From: Myxococcota bacterium
GTDB lineage: Bacteria; Myxococcota_A; UBA9042; PHBI01; JAWLBL01
Direction: 5' to 3'
DNA length: 64,000 bases
Assembly: GCA_041687695.1 (NCBI GenBank)
Contig: JAWLBL010000004.1
Coordinates: 279,319-343,318, forward strand
This document shows, piece after piece, positions 1 to 9,188 of the stretch. The notes beneath the pieces are model-generated. The model made no database searches, had not been told where the DNA came from, and saw only the letters and a program-made list of their open reading frames with translations. Position 1 is the first letter of the stretch. The number at the start of each line of letters is the position of its first letter. The position numbers and the translations under genes are program-made.

Positions 1-323
1 TGCTGTCGGCCTACCGCGGCGGCCCCGACGACTTCGCCGAGGCGCAACGCTGCTGGATCCAGGTCGCCGACGTCGTCCAGCGCCCGGCCTTCGATCCCGA
101 TCGAGCGATGCGAGCCCGCGCCTGCCTGGCCGACGCCCCACGGCTCGAGCCCGAGGCCAACCAGGCGGCCGAGCAAGCCGCGCGAGCGCTGGGCCAGGGC
201 ATCGAGGCCTGGGAGCGGGGCGACTCCGCGCCGGTCGCGCGCTCGCTGGACGCGGCGGCCGAGGCCTTCAAGCAGTACGACCGTTGGCGCGACGAGGCCG
301 CGCCGCGCTACGCCCATCGATGA
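1..323 (+). CDS. Hypothetical protein, 3' part (truncated by window edge)
   Basis: Frame is open from the window edge to TGA at 321-323, which overlaps the TatD ATG (ATGA coupling). Confidence 0.55.
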   Translation, partial: LSAYRGGPDDFAEAQRCWIQVADVVQRPAFDPDRAMRARACLADAPRLEPEANQAAEQAARALGQGIEAWERGDSAPVARSLDAAAEAFKQYDRWRDEAAPRYAHR

Positions 324-1111
324 CCCCGCTGGTCGACAGCCACTGCCACCTCGACAGCGACCGGCTCGACCTGCCGCCCGACGAGGCGGTGGCCCGGGCC
401 CGCGCGGCCGGCGTGGCCGACATCGTGATGGCGGGCGTCGACCCCGGCTGCTGGGACACCCAGGTCGCGCTCGCCGGGCGCCACGAACGCGTCTGGCCGG
501 TCTACGGCGTCCACCCCGTGCTGGCGGCGCAGATGAGCGAGGCCGAGCAGGACGACGCGCTGGCCCGCCTCGAGCAGCTGGCCGCCAGGCACCGACCCGT
601 GGCCATCGGCGAGACGGGGCTCGACGCCTTCGAGGCCGACAAGGGCACGCTGGCGCGCCAGGAGCGGAGCCTGCGCGCCCACGCCGAGCTGGCGGACCGG
701 CTTGGCCTGCCCCTGGTGCTCCATCTGCTGCGCACCCACGACGCCGCCCTGCGGGTCTTGAAGGACCTGCGCCTGCCCGCTGCAGGCGGGTTGGTCCACA
801 GCTTCTCCGGTTCGGCCGAGCTGGTCCGCGAGTACCTGAAGCTGGGCCTGCACGTCGCCTTCTGCGGCACGGTCAGCTACCCGCAGTCGCGCCGCGTCAA
901 GGCGGCGGCGGCCGAGGTCCCGCCCGACCGGCTGCTCGTCGAGACCGACTCGCCCGACCAGACCCCGCACCCGCACCGCGGCCGCCCCAACCGCCCCGAG
1001 CTGCTGCCCGCGGTGCTGGCCGGCCTGGCCGAGGCCCGCGACGAGCCGACCGACGCCCTGGCTCTCCTGACCACCGCCAACGCGCGTCGCCTGTTCGGGC
1101 TGCCGGCCTGA
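320..1111 (+). CDS. tatD: TatD family hydrolase/DNase
   Basis: DSHCH, AIGETGLD, LPLVLH, HSFSG and LLVETDSP motifs. Confidence 0.92.
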   Translation: MTPLVDSHCHLDSDRLDLPPDEAVARARAAGVADIVMAGVDPGCWDTQVALAGRHERVWPVYGVHPVLAAQMSEAEQDDALARLEQLAARHRPVAIGETGLDAFEADKGTLARQERSLRAHAELADRLGLPLVLHLLRTHDAALRVLKDLRLPAAGGLVHSFSGSAELVREYLKLGLHVAFCGTVSYPQSRRVKAAAAEVPPDRLLVETDSPDQTPHPHRGRPNRPELLPAVLAGLAEARDEPTDALALLTTANARRLFGLPA

Positions 1112-2587
1112 CTAGTCGCCGGCCTCGTCCTCTTCGGTCGCGGCCTCGTCGGCGCCCGGCGCCGCGGCCTTGCCGGTGGTCTTCTTGGCCTCGAACCAGG
1201 CCGAGATGACCTCGCGCGCCGGCACGGGCGCCTTGGTGTGCCACACGTCGCCGTTGACGATGAGGCAGGCGACGGCCACCTCGGGGTCCTCGGCCGGGGC
1301 GAAGGCGACGAACCAGCTGTAGTGCCGCGCGGGCCCCGCGTCGCGCGCGGTCAGGGTGCCGGTCTTGCCGGCGACCTCGAGGCCGGCGACCAGCGGCTTG
1401 CCCCGCTTGTTGAAGTACTTGGACGCGGTCCCGGTCGCCGTGGTCGCGACCATCATCGGGACGACCTCGCGCGCGACCTCGGGCGAGACGACCTGGGCCA
1501 GCGCGTCCCAGCGCGCCTCGTACAGGAGCTGGTCGCCGCGCTGGGCGCGCGCGACGAGGCGCGGGGCCATCATCTTGCCGCCGTTCGCGATGGTGGCGGC
1601 GATGAGCGCCCCGTGCAGCGGGCTCAGGGTCGTGCCGACGAAGCCGGCCGCGGACTGCGCGAAGCCCAGCCGGCTGCCGGTCGGGATCTTGGCGGCGCTC
1701 ACGCCGACGCCCCACAGGAAGGGCAGGCGCTTGTTGAACAGGAACCGCTCCGCCATCTCCTGTAGCTGCCCCGGCTGCAGCAGGCGGTCGGCCCAGCGCG
1801 CGAAGGCGACGTTGTTGCTCGACCCGAGCGCCTCGGCGAGCGTCTCGCACTGCGTGTCGCGCTCGGCCTTGTCCTCGAGGTTGTACAGGGTCAGGCGGCG
1901 GTGCCCGCCGTGGGTGCAGATGCGGCTCTGGTGCGACAGCTTGCCCATCTCGACCAGCGCTGCCGCCGAGACGATCTTGAAGATGCTGGCGGCGGGCCCC
2001 TCGGACTGCAGCGAAAGGTGACGCAGGTCCGGGCGGTGCTCGGCGTGCTCGGCCATCGCCAGGATCTCGCCGGTCTGCGGTCGGATGGCGACCACGGCCC
2101 CGTAGTCCACCCGGAAGCGCTCGAGCGATCGCTTGGCCACGCGCTGCAGCAGCGGGTCGAGGGTCAGCTCGAGGCGCGTGCCGTCCTCGAGCACCTGCAC
2201 GAGCCGGTCGCCCTCGACCGCGGCCAGCGCCGGGTCGACCTGGCCGGCTGGCAGGGCCCAGTGGGCCGTCTGCGCGCTGGGGGGCGCGGCCGGCTGGGCG
2301 GCCTCGGGCGCGCGCACCGCCTCGCTCAAGGCCTTGGGGGCGCGCGCCACGGGCTCGAGCGGCCGGACGACCGGCACCACCGGGGCCAGGTCCGGCGGCG
2401 CCGCAGGGTCGGCCGCCAAGGGTCCGGACGGCGGCAGGGCCTCCGCAGGGGCGCTGGGGGCGCCGACGTCGCGCGCCGCCTCGGGGCCGGCGGACCTCGC
2501 CATCGTCACGGCCACGAAGATCGTGCCGGCCAAAAGACCCAGCCCGGCGCCGACCCGGATGCGCCTCGCCAAGGGTCGCATGGTCAT
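1112..2587 (-). CDS. Penicillin-binding protein (transpeptidase domain) with N-terminal TM anchor and Pro/Ala-rich linker
   Basis: SxxK (ASIFK), SxN (SNN) and KTGT motifs. Start placed at MTMRPL, before the hydrophobic segment. Confidence 0.88.
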   Translation of the reverse strand: MTMRPLARRIRVGAGLGLLAGTIFVAVTMARSAGPEAARDVGAPSAPAEALPPSGPLAADPAAPPDLAPVVPVVRPLEPVARAPKALSEAVRAPEAAQPAAPPSAQTAHWALPAGQVDPALAAVEGDRLVQVLEDGTRLELTLDPLLQRVAKRSLERFRVDYGAVVAIRPQTGEILAMAEHAEHRPDLRHLSLQSEGPAASIFKIVSAAALVEMGKLSHQSRICTHGGHRRLTLYNLEDKAERDTQCETLAEALGSSNNVAFARWADRLLQPGQLQEMAERFLFNKRLPFLWGVGVSAAKIPTGSRLGFAQSAAGFVGTTLSPLHGALIAATIANGGKMMAPRLVARAQRGDQLLYEARWDALAQVVSPEVAREVVPMMVATTATGTASKYFNKRGKPLVAGLEVAGKTGTLTARDAGPARHYSWFVAFAPAEDPEVAVACLIVNGDVWHTKAPVPAREVISAWFEAKKTTGKAAAPGADEAATEEDEAGD

Positions 2588-2774
2588 GCTCCGAGGTATC
2601 TCAGAGGGGATCGTGTGTGTCCAACAATCCGTTCGCCGGCCCCGGGATTCCCGGTCGCGCCCCGCCGCCGCCGGTCCCAGATCCCCGGTGCGTAAGGTCT
2701 TTCGCACGTTGACCCCCCGCACGGCGGGTGGCATTTTCCGGCGCCTGACCCTGAAGCTGCTGCCGTAGGTGTGG

Positions 2775-4640
2775 ATGCCCGCGACCCCCATGGGAATGCC
2801 CGAGGCGACGCTGCTCGAGCTGTTCCGGCGCCGAGTGGCCGAGACGCCCTCCGGCGAGGCGTCGCGCCACACGTACGGCCGCAAGGTCGTCACGACCACC
2901 TGGTCCGACTGGGACCGGCGCTCGCGGACGTTGGCCGCCGGCCTGCTGCGCCTGGGGGTCGAGCTGGGCGACCGCGTCGCGCTGCTGTCGCGCACCCGGG
3001 TCGAGTGGACGTGGCTCGACATGGCCATCCTGATGGCCGGCGGGGTCACCGTCCCGCTCTTCCCCAGCGAGACCGGCGCCACGTGCGCCTTCGTGCTGGC
3101 CGACTGCGAGGCGCGGTTCGCCATCGTCGAGAACCCGGCGCAGGTGCGGAAGCTCCTGGCCCTGCGCGAGCAGCTCCCGCGCCTCGAGCGCGTGGTGGTG
3201 CTCGATCAGGAGTGCGAGCTGCCCCAGCAGCCGCAGGCTCCGGACGCCGTGCTGCGGCTCGCCGACGTCGCCGACGAGGCCTCGGCCGGCTGGCTCGTGC
3301 CCATCGAGGAGCTCTGGGACGGCGGCGAGCGCGATCTCGGCGCCCTGACCGGCGAGCTGGCGACCCGCGCCGCCCTGGTCGGCCCCGACACGCTGGCGAC
3401 CCTGGCCTACACCCCCGGGACCGAGCGCGAGCCCAAGGGGGTCATGCTGACCCACGGCAACTACTTCGCCGCCAGCGACGCCCTGGCCCAGGCGCTCAGC
3501 GTCGGCCCCGAGGACCGCCAGCTCCTGTACCTGCCGCTGGCCCACGTCTTCGCCCGCATCACGGTGGTCGTGGCGATGCAGGTCGGCCTGTCGACGGCCT
3601 ACGCGCGCAGCTACGGGACCTTGCTGGACGACGCGCGCCTGCACCAGCCGACCTTCCTGTGCACCATCCCGCGCCTGCTCGAGAAGGTGCAGGGCGAGAT
3701 GGAGGCCGACGAGCGCATGGGCGGCGGCCTGCAGCGCCTGGTGTCGACCTGGGCCCGCGGGGTCGGCGCGACCGCCAGTCAGAACGGCGACGGCGGGGGG
3801 CTGCTGCGGGATCTGCAGCTGAAGGTCGCCGACAAGCTGGTCTTCAGCCGCCTGCGCGAGCGGTTCGGCGGCGCGCTGCGCTTCGTCATCAGCGGCGCCG
3901 CGCCCCTGCCGCACGAGACCGGCCGCTTCTTCGCCGCCCACGGGCTGCCGGCGCTCGAGGGCTACGGGATGACCGAGACCTGCGCGGCGACCAGCATCGC
4001 TCGCCTGGAGCGCCACCGGGTCGGCACCGTCGGCCCGCCGCTGCCCGGGGTCGAGGTGCGCCTCACCGAGGACGGCGAGCTGCTGGTGCGCGGTCCGAAC
4101 GTGTCGCCCGGCTACTGGGAGCGCCCCGACGAGACCGCGGCCGCCATCGACGCCGACGGCTGGTTCCACACGGGCGACCTGTGCCGCCTCGAGGACGACG
4201 AGATCGTCGTCATGGACCGCAAGAGCGACATCATCCTCCTCGCGACCGGCCGCGCCATCGCGCCCCAGCCCATCGCCGAGGCCCTGCGCGCCCACGATCT
4301 GGTCAGCCAGGTGCTCATCCACGGCGAGGGCCGCAGCTTCCTGAGCGCCCTCATCACCCTGGACAAGGACGCCCTGCTGCGCTTCGCCGACGAGGCCAGC
4401 CTGGACCCCGACTACGAGGGCCTGACGCGCCACCCGGCCGTGTTCGCCGCCGTCGAGCGCCTGGTCGAGCGGGTCAACGCCCAGCTGGCCCCGCACGAGA
4501 ACATCCGCAAGTTCGCCATCCTGTCGACCGAGCCGTCGACCGAGACGGGCGACCTGACCCCGACCCAGCGCCTGCGCCGCCGCGTCGCCACCGAGCGCCA
4601 CCGCGCGCTGCTCGACTCCTTCTACTCGGAGCAATACTGA
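2775..4640 (+). CDS. Long-chain fatty acid-CoA ligase (AMP-dependent synthetase, FadD15-like)
   Basis: PKGVMLTHGN, YLPLAHV, GYGMTET, GWFHTGD and DLTPT motifs. Start uncertain (2769/2775/2790). Confidence 0.88.
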   Translation: MPATPMGMPEATLLELFRRRVAETPSGEASRHTYGRKVVTTTWSDWDRRSRTLAAGLLRLGVELGDRVALLSRTRVEWTWLDMAILMAGGVTVPLFPSETGATCAFVLADCEARFAIVENPAQVRKLLALREQLPRLERVVVLDQECELPQQPQAPDAVLRLADVADEASAGWLVPIEELWDGGERDLGALTGELATRAALVGPDTLATLAYTPGTEREPKGVMLTHGNYFAASDALAQALSVGPEDRQLLYLPLAHVFARITVVVAMQVGLSTAYARSYGTLLDDARLHQPTFLCTIPRLLEKVQGEMEADERMGGGLQRLVSTWARGVGATASQNGDGGGLLRDLQLKVADKLVFSRLRERFGGALRFVISGAAPLPHETGRFFAAHGLPALEGYGMTETCAATSIARLERHRVGTVGPPLPGVEVRLTEDGELLVRGPNVSPGYWERPDETAAAIDADGWFHTGDLCRLEDDEIVVMDRKSDIILLATGRAIAPQPIAEALRAHDLVSQVLIHGEGRSFLSALITLDKDALLRFADEASLDPDYEGLTRHPAVFAAVERLVERVNAQLAPHENIRKFAILSTEPSTETGDLTPTQRLRRRVATERHRALLDSFYSEQY

Positions 4641-4642
4641 GG

Positions 4643-5356
4643 ATGCCCACCCCGCCCAAGGCCCTCGTCATCATCCCGACCTACAACGAGCGGGAGAACC
4701 TGCCCAAGCTGGTCGAGGCCATCTTCGCGGTCGAGCCGGAGCTCCACCTGCTGGTCGTCGACGACAACTCGCCCGACGGCACGGGCGAGCTGGCCGACGA
4801 CATCGCGCGCCGCGACGGCCGCGTGCACGTCATGCACCGCGCCGGCAAGCTGGGCCTGGGCACCGCCTACATCGCCGGCTTCAAGTGGGCGCTGGCCCGC
4901 GACTATCCGCTCGTCTTCGAGATGGACGCCGACTTCAGCCACCAGCCCAAGTACCTGCCCGACTTCCTGAAGGCGGCCGAGGACGCCGATCTCGTCCTGG
5001 GCACGCGCTACATCAAGGGCGGCGGCGTCGAGGACTGGGGCCCGCTGCGCCAGCTCATCAGCCGCGGCGGCAACCTGTACGCCCGCGCCATCCTGTCGAT
5101 GCCCTTCCACGACCTCACCGGCGGCTTCAAGTGCTTCCGCCGCCGGGTGCTCGAGGCCATCGACCTCGACTCGGTTCGGTCGGTCGGCTACGCCTTTCAG
5201 ATCGAGCTGACCTACCGGACCTGGAAGCAGGGCTTCCGCATCGTCGAGGTCCCGATCGTCTTCCCGGACCGCACCGCCGGCAAGTCGAAGATGTCCAAGA
5301 ACATCGTCCGCGAGGCGATGATCAACGTGGTCAAGCTACGGCTCGGTCGTCGCTGA
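4643..5356 (+). CDS. Polyprenol monophosphomannose synthase (GT2, Ppm1/DPM1-like)
   Basis: IIPTYNE, VDDNSPDGT, MDADFSH, DLTGGFK and GYAFQIE motifs. Confidence 0.92.
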   Translation: MPTPPKALVIIPTYNERENLPKLVEAIFAVEPELHLLVVDDNSPDGTGELADDIARRDGRVHVMHRAGKLGLGTAYIAGFKWALARDYPLVFEMDADFSHQPKYLPDFLKAAEDADLVLGTRYIKGGGVEDWGPLRQLISRGGNLYARAILSMPFHDLTGGFKCFRRRVLEAIDLDSVRSVGYAFQIELTYRTWKQGFRIVEVPIVFPDRTAGKSKMSKNIVREAMINVVKLRLGRR

Positions 5357-5378
5357 GGAAAGGCGCGACGCCGCCAGG

Positions 5379-6734
5379 CTACGGCTCGGTCGTCGCCGAT
5401 GGCGCGTCGGCGGCCCGCTCGGACAGGTAGGCACGCCAGGGCTCGGCCTGCTGCCCGAAGGTGCGCCCGGTCAGGGAGGCCAGGGCCAGCGACGCCTCGG
5501 CCGTGGCCTTGCCGGCCTCGAGCAGCCCGACCAGCGGCTCGAGGGCGCGCGGGTCCTTGCGCAGGGCGAGGCTGCGGGGGATGAGCCCCAGGACCGTGGC
5601 GTCGGCTTCGGCGGCGAGGCGGCCGACCAGCGCGTCGACGGCGGCGGCCTCGTCGATCTGCCCCAGGCGCGCGACGGCCGCGCGGCGGACCGACGGGTCG
5701 GGATCGGCGAGGAAGGGGGCGACCAGGGCGGCGCGCTGGCCGGCCGGCGCCGCGACCCCCAGCAGGTTGGCGGCCGAAAGGCGCAGGGCGGGCGCCGGAT
5801 CGCGGCCGGCGGCCTGCAGCAGCGGCAAGGCGCTGGCCGGCTCGTCGGCCACGCGGGCGTCGAGGGCCGAGCGGCGGACGTCGACGCGGGCGTGGGTCAG
5901 CGCCGTGTCCCACAGGGCGGCGCGCGCCTCGGCGGGGGCCAGGGGGACGGCGCGGGCGCCGGCCTGGGCGAGGCGCGGATCGGCGGCGCCGAGGGCGGCC
6001 GCGACGGTGGCGCCCGGCAGCGGCGCCTTGGCCAGCCGGGCGGCGAGCAGCGCGCTCGCGGCGGTCACCGGGTGGTCGCTGGCGGCGAGCCGGGCCAGCT
6101 CTGGGGCGAGCTCGGGCGTGGCCACACGGCCCAGGGCGAGCGCGGCCTCGACGGCGACCTCCTCGTCGGGATCCTCGAGCTTGGGCAGGAGGACCCGGCC
6201 CGCCTCGGCGGGATCGAGGCGCGAGAGGGCCTCGATGGCGCGCGCGCGGACCGTGGGATCGGCGTCGTCGACGCGGCGCGCGACCTCGGGGGCGTACTCC
6301 TTGGCGCCCACCGCGACCAGGGCCTCGAGGGCCTGCTGGCGGATCGCCGGGATCGAGTGCTCGAGCACCTGAACGATGGGCTCGATGCCGTTGGGGCGCT
6401 TGGTCTGGGTGAACCAGGACAGCGCGGCCTGCAGCTCGTCCAGGTTCTTGCTTCGAAGCAGGGCGAGCATCGCCGGCTCGGCCAGCTCACCGGCGCCGAC
6501 CAGCTGCCCCAGGGCCCAGCTGCGCTGCCTCGGCAGCTGCATCACCAGGGCCTCGACCCGCGGGTCCAGCTCGGGCAGCTCGACGCCGCCGGGGCTCTTG
6601 ACCACGCGCCGCGCCTCGGGCGCGGGCGGCGGATCGGGGAATGCCCTTGACTCGGCGGCGGGTTTCGGCTTGCTACAGCCGGCGGCCACGGCCAACGTGG
6701 TGAGGATGAGAGCGGTAACCCGCAACGGGCGCAT
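5379..6734 (-). CDS. HEAT-repeat lipoprotein
   Basis: Lipobox AVAAGC; repeated L.D.D..VR..A..AL units; GGAGG RBS upstream of MRPLRV. Confidence 0.8.
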   Translation of the reverse strand: MRPLRVTALILTTLAVAAGCSKPKPAAESRAFPDPPPAPEARRVVKSPGGVELPELDPRVEALVMQLPRQRSWALGQLVGAGELAEPAMLALLRSKNLDELQAALSWFTQTKRPNGIEPIVQVLEHSIPAIRQQALEALVAVGAKEYAPEVARRVDDADPTVRARAIEALSRLDPAEAGRVLLPKLEDPDEEVAVEAALALGRVATPELAPELARLAASDHPVTAASALLAARLAKAPLPGATVAAALGAADPRLAQAGARAVPLAPAEARAALWDTALTHARVDVRRSALDARVADEPASALPLLQAAGRDPAPALRLSAANLLGVAAPAGQRAALVAPFLADPDPSVRRAAVARLGQIDEAAAVDALVGRLAAEADATVLGLIPRSLALRKDPRALEPLVGLLEAGKATAEASLALASLTGRTFGQQAEPWRAYLSERAADAPSATTEP

Positions 6735-6837
6735 CGGGGCCTCCATCGCCTTTCCCAGAACGTGCGGCATCCTACGCAACGACGGCGCGGGGGCAACCCT
6801 CGCGCCGCCCCGCGTCGACGACGCCTGACGAGGGTCT

Positions 6838-7695
6838 ATGAACCAGCAAACCGACCGGGTCATTCGCGCGATCACCGACGACGGCGCGTTTCGTGTCATC
6901 GCCCTGCGCGGGACCGACACCGTCCGCGGCGTCCTGGCCGCCCAGAAGGCCACCGGCGAGCACGCCGCGCTGCTCGGCGAGCTGCTGCTCGCGGCGGTGA
7001 TGGTGCGCGAGACGATGGCGCCGGGGCTGCGGGTGCAGGTCATGCTCAAGGGCGCCGAGCGCGGCAGCCTGGTCGCCGACTCGCACCCGGACGGGATGAC
7101 GCGGGGCCTGGCGCAGCTGCCCGAGGGGCACCGCGTCGCGCTGACCGAGGGGGCGCTGCTGCAGGTCGTGCGGACCATGCCGCGGGCCGAGCTGCACCAG
7201 AGCATCGTCGAGGCCAGCGGGGACAAGGGCATCTCGGGCGCGCTGATGCGCTACATGCAGGAGTCCGAGCAGGTCGTGTCGATGCTGCGCGTCGCCTGCG
7301 TCTTCGGCGACGACGGCGCGCTGGTCTCGGCCGGTGGCTTCATCGTGCAGCTGCTGCCCGAGGTGAGCGAGGGGCCGCTGATGCTGATGACCGAGCGCCT
7401 GAACGACTTCGACAGCATCGACCGGCTGCTGGTCGAGCACGATGCGGACCCGGCGGTGCTGCTGGGCGAGGTGCTGTACCGGTATCCGCACCAGCTGCTG
7501 ATGGAGCGGCCCATCCACGCGGGCTGCAACTGCAGCAGCGTGCGCGTCATCGGGGCGCTGGCCACCCTCGGCCACGCCGAGCTGACCGACATGGTGGCCG
7601 AGGGCAAGACCCTGGACATCGAGTGCGACTACTGCGGCCGCAGCTACCAGGTGGGGACCGAGCAGCTGCGCACGCTGACCGAGCCGCCGAGCTGA
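6838..7695 (+). CDS. hslO: Hsp33 redox-regulated chaperone
   Basis: YMQESEQ, AGGFIVQLLP and the C-terminal CxC...CxxC zinc motif (CNC...CDYC). Confidence 0.92.
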   Translation: MNQQTDRVIRAITDDGAFRVIALRGTDTVRGVLAAQKATGEHAALLGELLLAAVMVRETMAPGLRVQVMLKGAERGSLVADSHPDGMTRGLAQLPEGHRVALTEGALLQVVRTMPRAELHQSIVEASGDKGISGALMRYMQESEQVVSMLRVACVFGDDGALVSAGGFIVQLLPEVSEGPLMLMTERLNDFDSIDRLLVEHDADPAVLLGEVLYRYPHQLLMERPIHAGCNCSSVRVIGALATLGHAELTDMVAEGKTLDIECDYCGRSYQVGTEQLRTLTEPPS

Positions 7696-7811
7696 GTCGG
7701 GGCGGCCGGGGGCCGCGGCGCGGGGGTGGTGGGGAGGTGGGTGTTGCGCCTGACCCGCGTAGGGCTTAGGCTCGGCGCTCGTCTCCCCTTGCCGTAGCTC
7801 GTCCCCTGGAG

Positions 7812-9188
7812 GTGCCGGTGCGCTCGCTCACCGGGCTGCTCGCCGCCACGATGGTCCTCCTGGCCGGTCCGCCGAGCGTCCGCGCGGCCCACTTCCGGGT
7901 CGAGTCGGAGACCATCGGCGACGCCTACCAGCTCGTCACGAGCGACGACGAGCTGGTCAACCGGCGGCGGCTGCACCAGTACCTGGGCTTCGGCGCCTAC
8001 GACCTGACCGGCGACGGGTCGAACGCGCTGTCGGTGGTCACGCTGATGCGCTTCGACGCGGATCTCGGGCTGACCGACGAGGACGTCGCGCGGGTCGACG
8101 TCTTCCGCGAGCACCAGCTGTCCATCCAGACCGCCTACGTGCGCGGGCAGGGGCTGTTCGGGCGCCTGGACTTCAAGCTCGGGCGCTTCCTGCACTCCGA
8201 TCCCATCGACTACCTGATGATGGACGGGCTGGTCGCGACCGTGCGGCTGCCGTGGCGGCTGGGGCTCGAGCTGCTGGCCGGCTACGAGGCCGACAACCAC
8301 GTCGGCGATCTCACCGCCTCGCAGTTCGAGCTGGACGGCGTGCGCTACGTCGAGGGCGTCCACCCGGACGGCCCGTCGACCGCGCTGGGCGCCGCGCTGC
8401 TGTTCGACGCGCCCTGGGACACCCGGGCCCGCATCGGGTACCGGCGGCTGTTCTCGGGCGAGGACGACGAGGTCGACCAGGAGAAGATCGGAGCCGCGCT
8501 CTACCAGCACCTGGGCCCGGTGCACCTGTACGGGACGGGCTCCTTCGATCTGTACAACCGGCTGGTCGACCGCGTGCACGCCGGCGCCCGCTGGCAGGTG
8601 ACCGACGCCTGGGATCTCGAGGGGCAGTACGTCCGGCTGCGACCCACCTTCGACGCCGACAGCATCTTCAACGTCTTCTCGATCCAGCCGCTCAACGACG
8701 TCAACGGGCGCGTGCGCTGGCACCTGTCCGACGGCCACCGCGTCTACGCCGGCGGCATGGTGCGCCTGTTCTCGGTCGAGGAGGGACGCGAGGTGGTCGA
8801 CGAGACGGTCAGCGCGACCGGGCTGATGGCCGGGTGGTACCGCAGCTGGGGGGCGCTGGGGCGGCTGGGCGCGGACGTCAGCCACGAGGGCGGCTACGGC
8901 GGGCAGCGGACCCTGTTCGACGTCGGCGGCCTGTGGGGCGTCGACCCCAACGTCTTCGAGGTCGACGGCCGCCTGACGGCGGTGCGCTTCGAGGACGCGC
9001 TGCAGGACCAGCTCGAGGCGTGGAGCTTCGGCTACCAGCTGGGCGGGCGCTTCCTGGTGGACCGGCGGGCGGCGCTGTCGCTGATGGTCGAGCACAACTT
9101 CAACCGCATCCACGTCAGCCAGCTGCGGGTCTTCGCGGTGGCCGACGTCGACGTGTGGTTCTCGCCCGAATCGGAGCGCGTGCAGTGA
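7812..9188 (+). CDS. Putative outer-membrane beta-barrel protein, partner of the multiheme cytochrome
   Basis: Signal peptide; alternating amphipathic strands rich in G/Y/F/W; stop overlaps the cytochrome start (GTGA). Confidence 0.65.
   Translation: MPVRSLTGLLAATMVLLAGPPSVRAAHFRVESETIGDAYQLVTSDDELVNRRRLHQYLGFGAYDLTGDGSNALSVVTLMRFDADLGLTDEDVARVDVFREHQLSIQTAYVRGQGLFGRLDFKLGRFLHSDPIDYLMMDGLVATVRLPWRLGLELLAGYEADNHVGDLTASQFELDGVRYVEGVHPDGPSTALGAALLFDAPWDTRARIGYRRLFSGEDDEVDQEKIGAALYQHLGPVHLYGTGSFDLYNRLVDRVHAGARWQVTDAWDLEGQYVRLRPTFDADSIFNVFSIQPLNDVNGRVRWHLSDGHRVYAGGMVRLFSVEEGREVVDETVSATGLMAGWYRSWGALGRLGADVSHEGGYGGQRTLFDVGGLWGVDPNVFEVDGRLTAVRFEDALQDQLEAWSFGYQLGGRFLVDRRAALSLMVEHNFNRIHVSQLRVFAVADVDVWFSPESERVQ

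Noticed and set aside
4643..5356. Functional Ppm1-Lnt coupling as in actinobacteria
   Set aside because: lnt is approx. 44 kb away in a different operon; there is no evidence of linkage.
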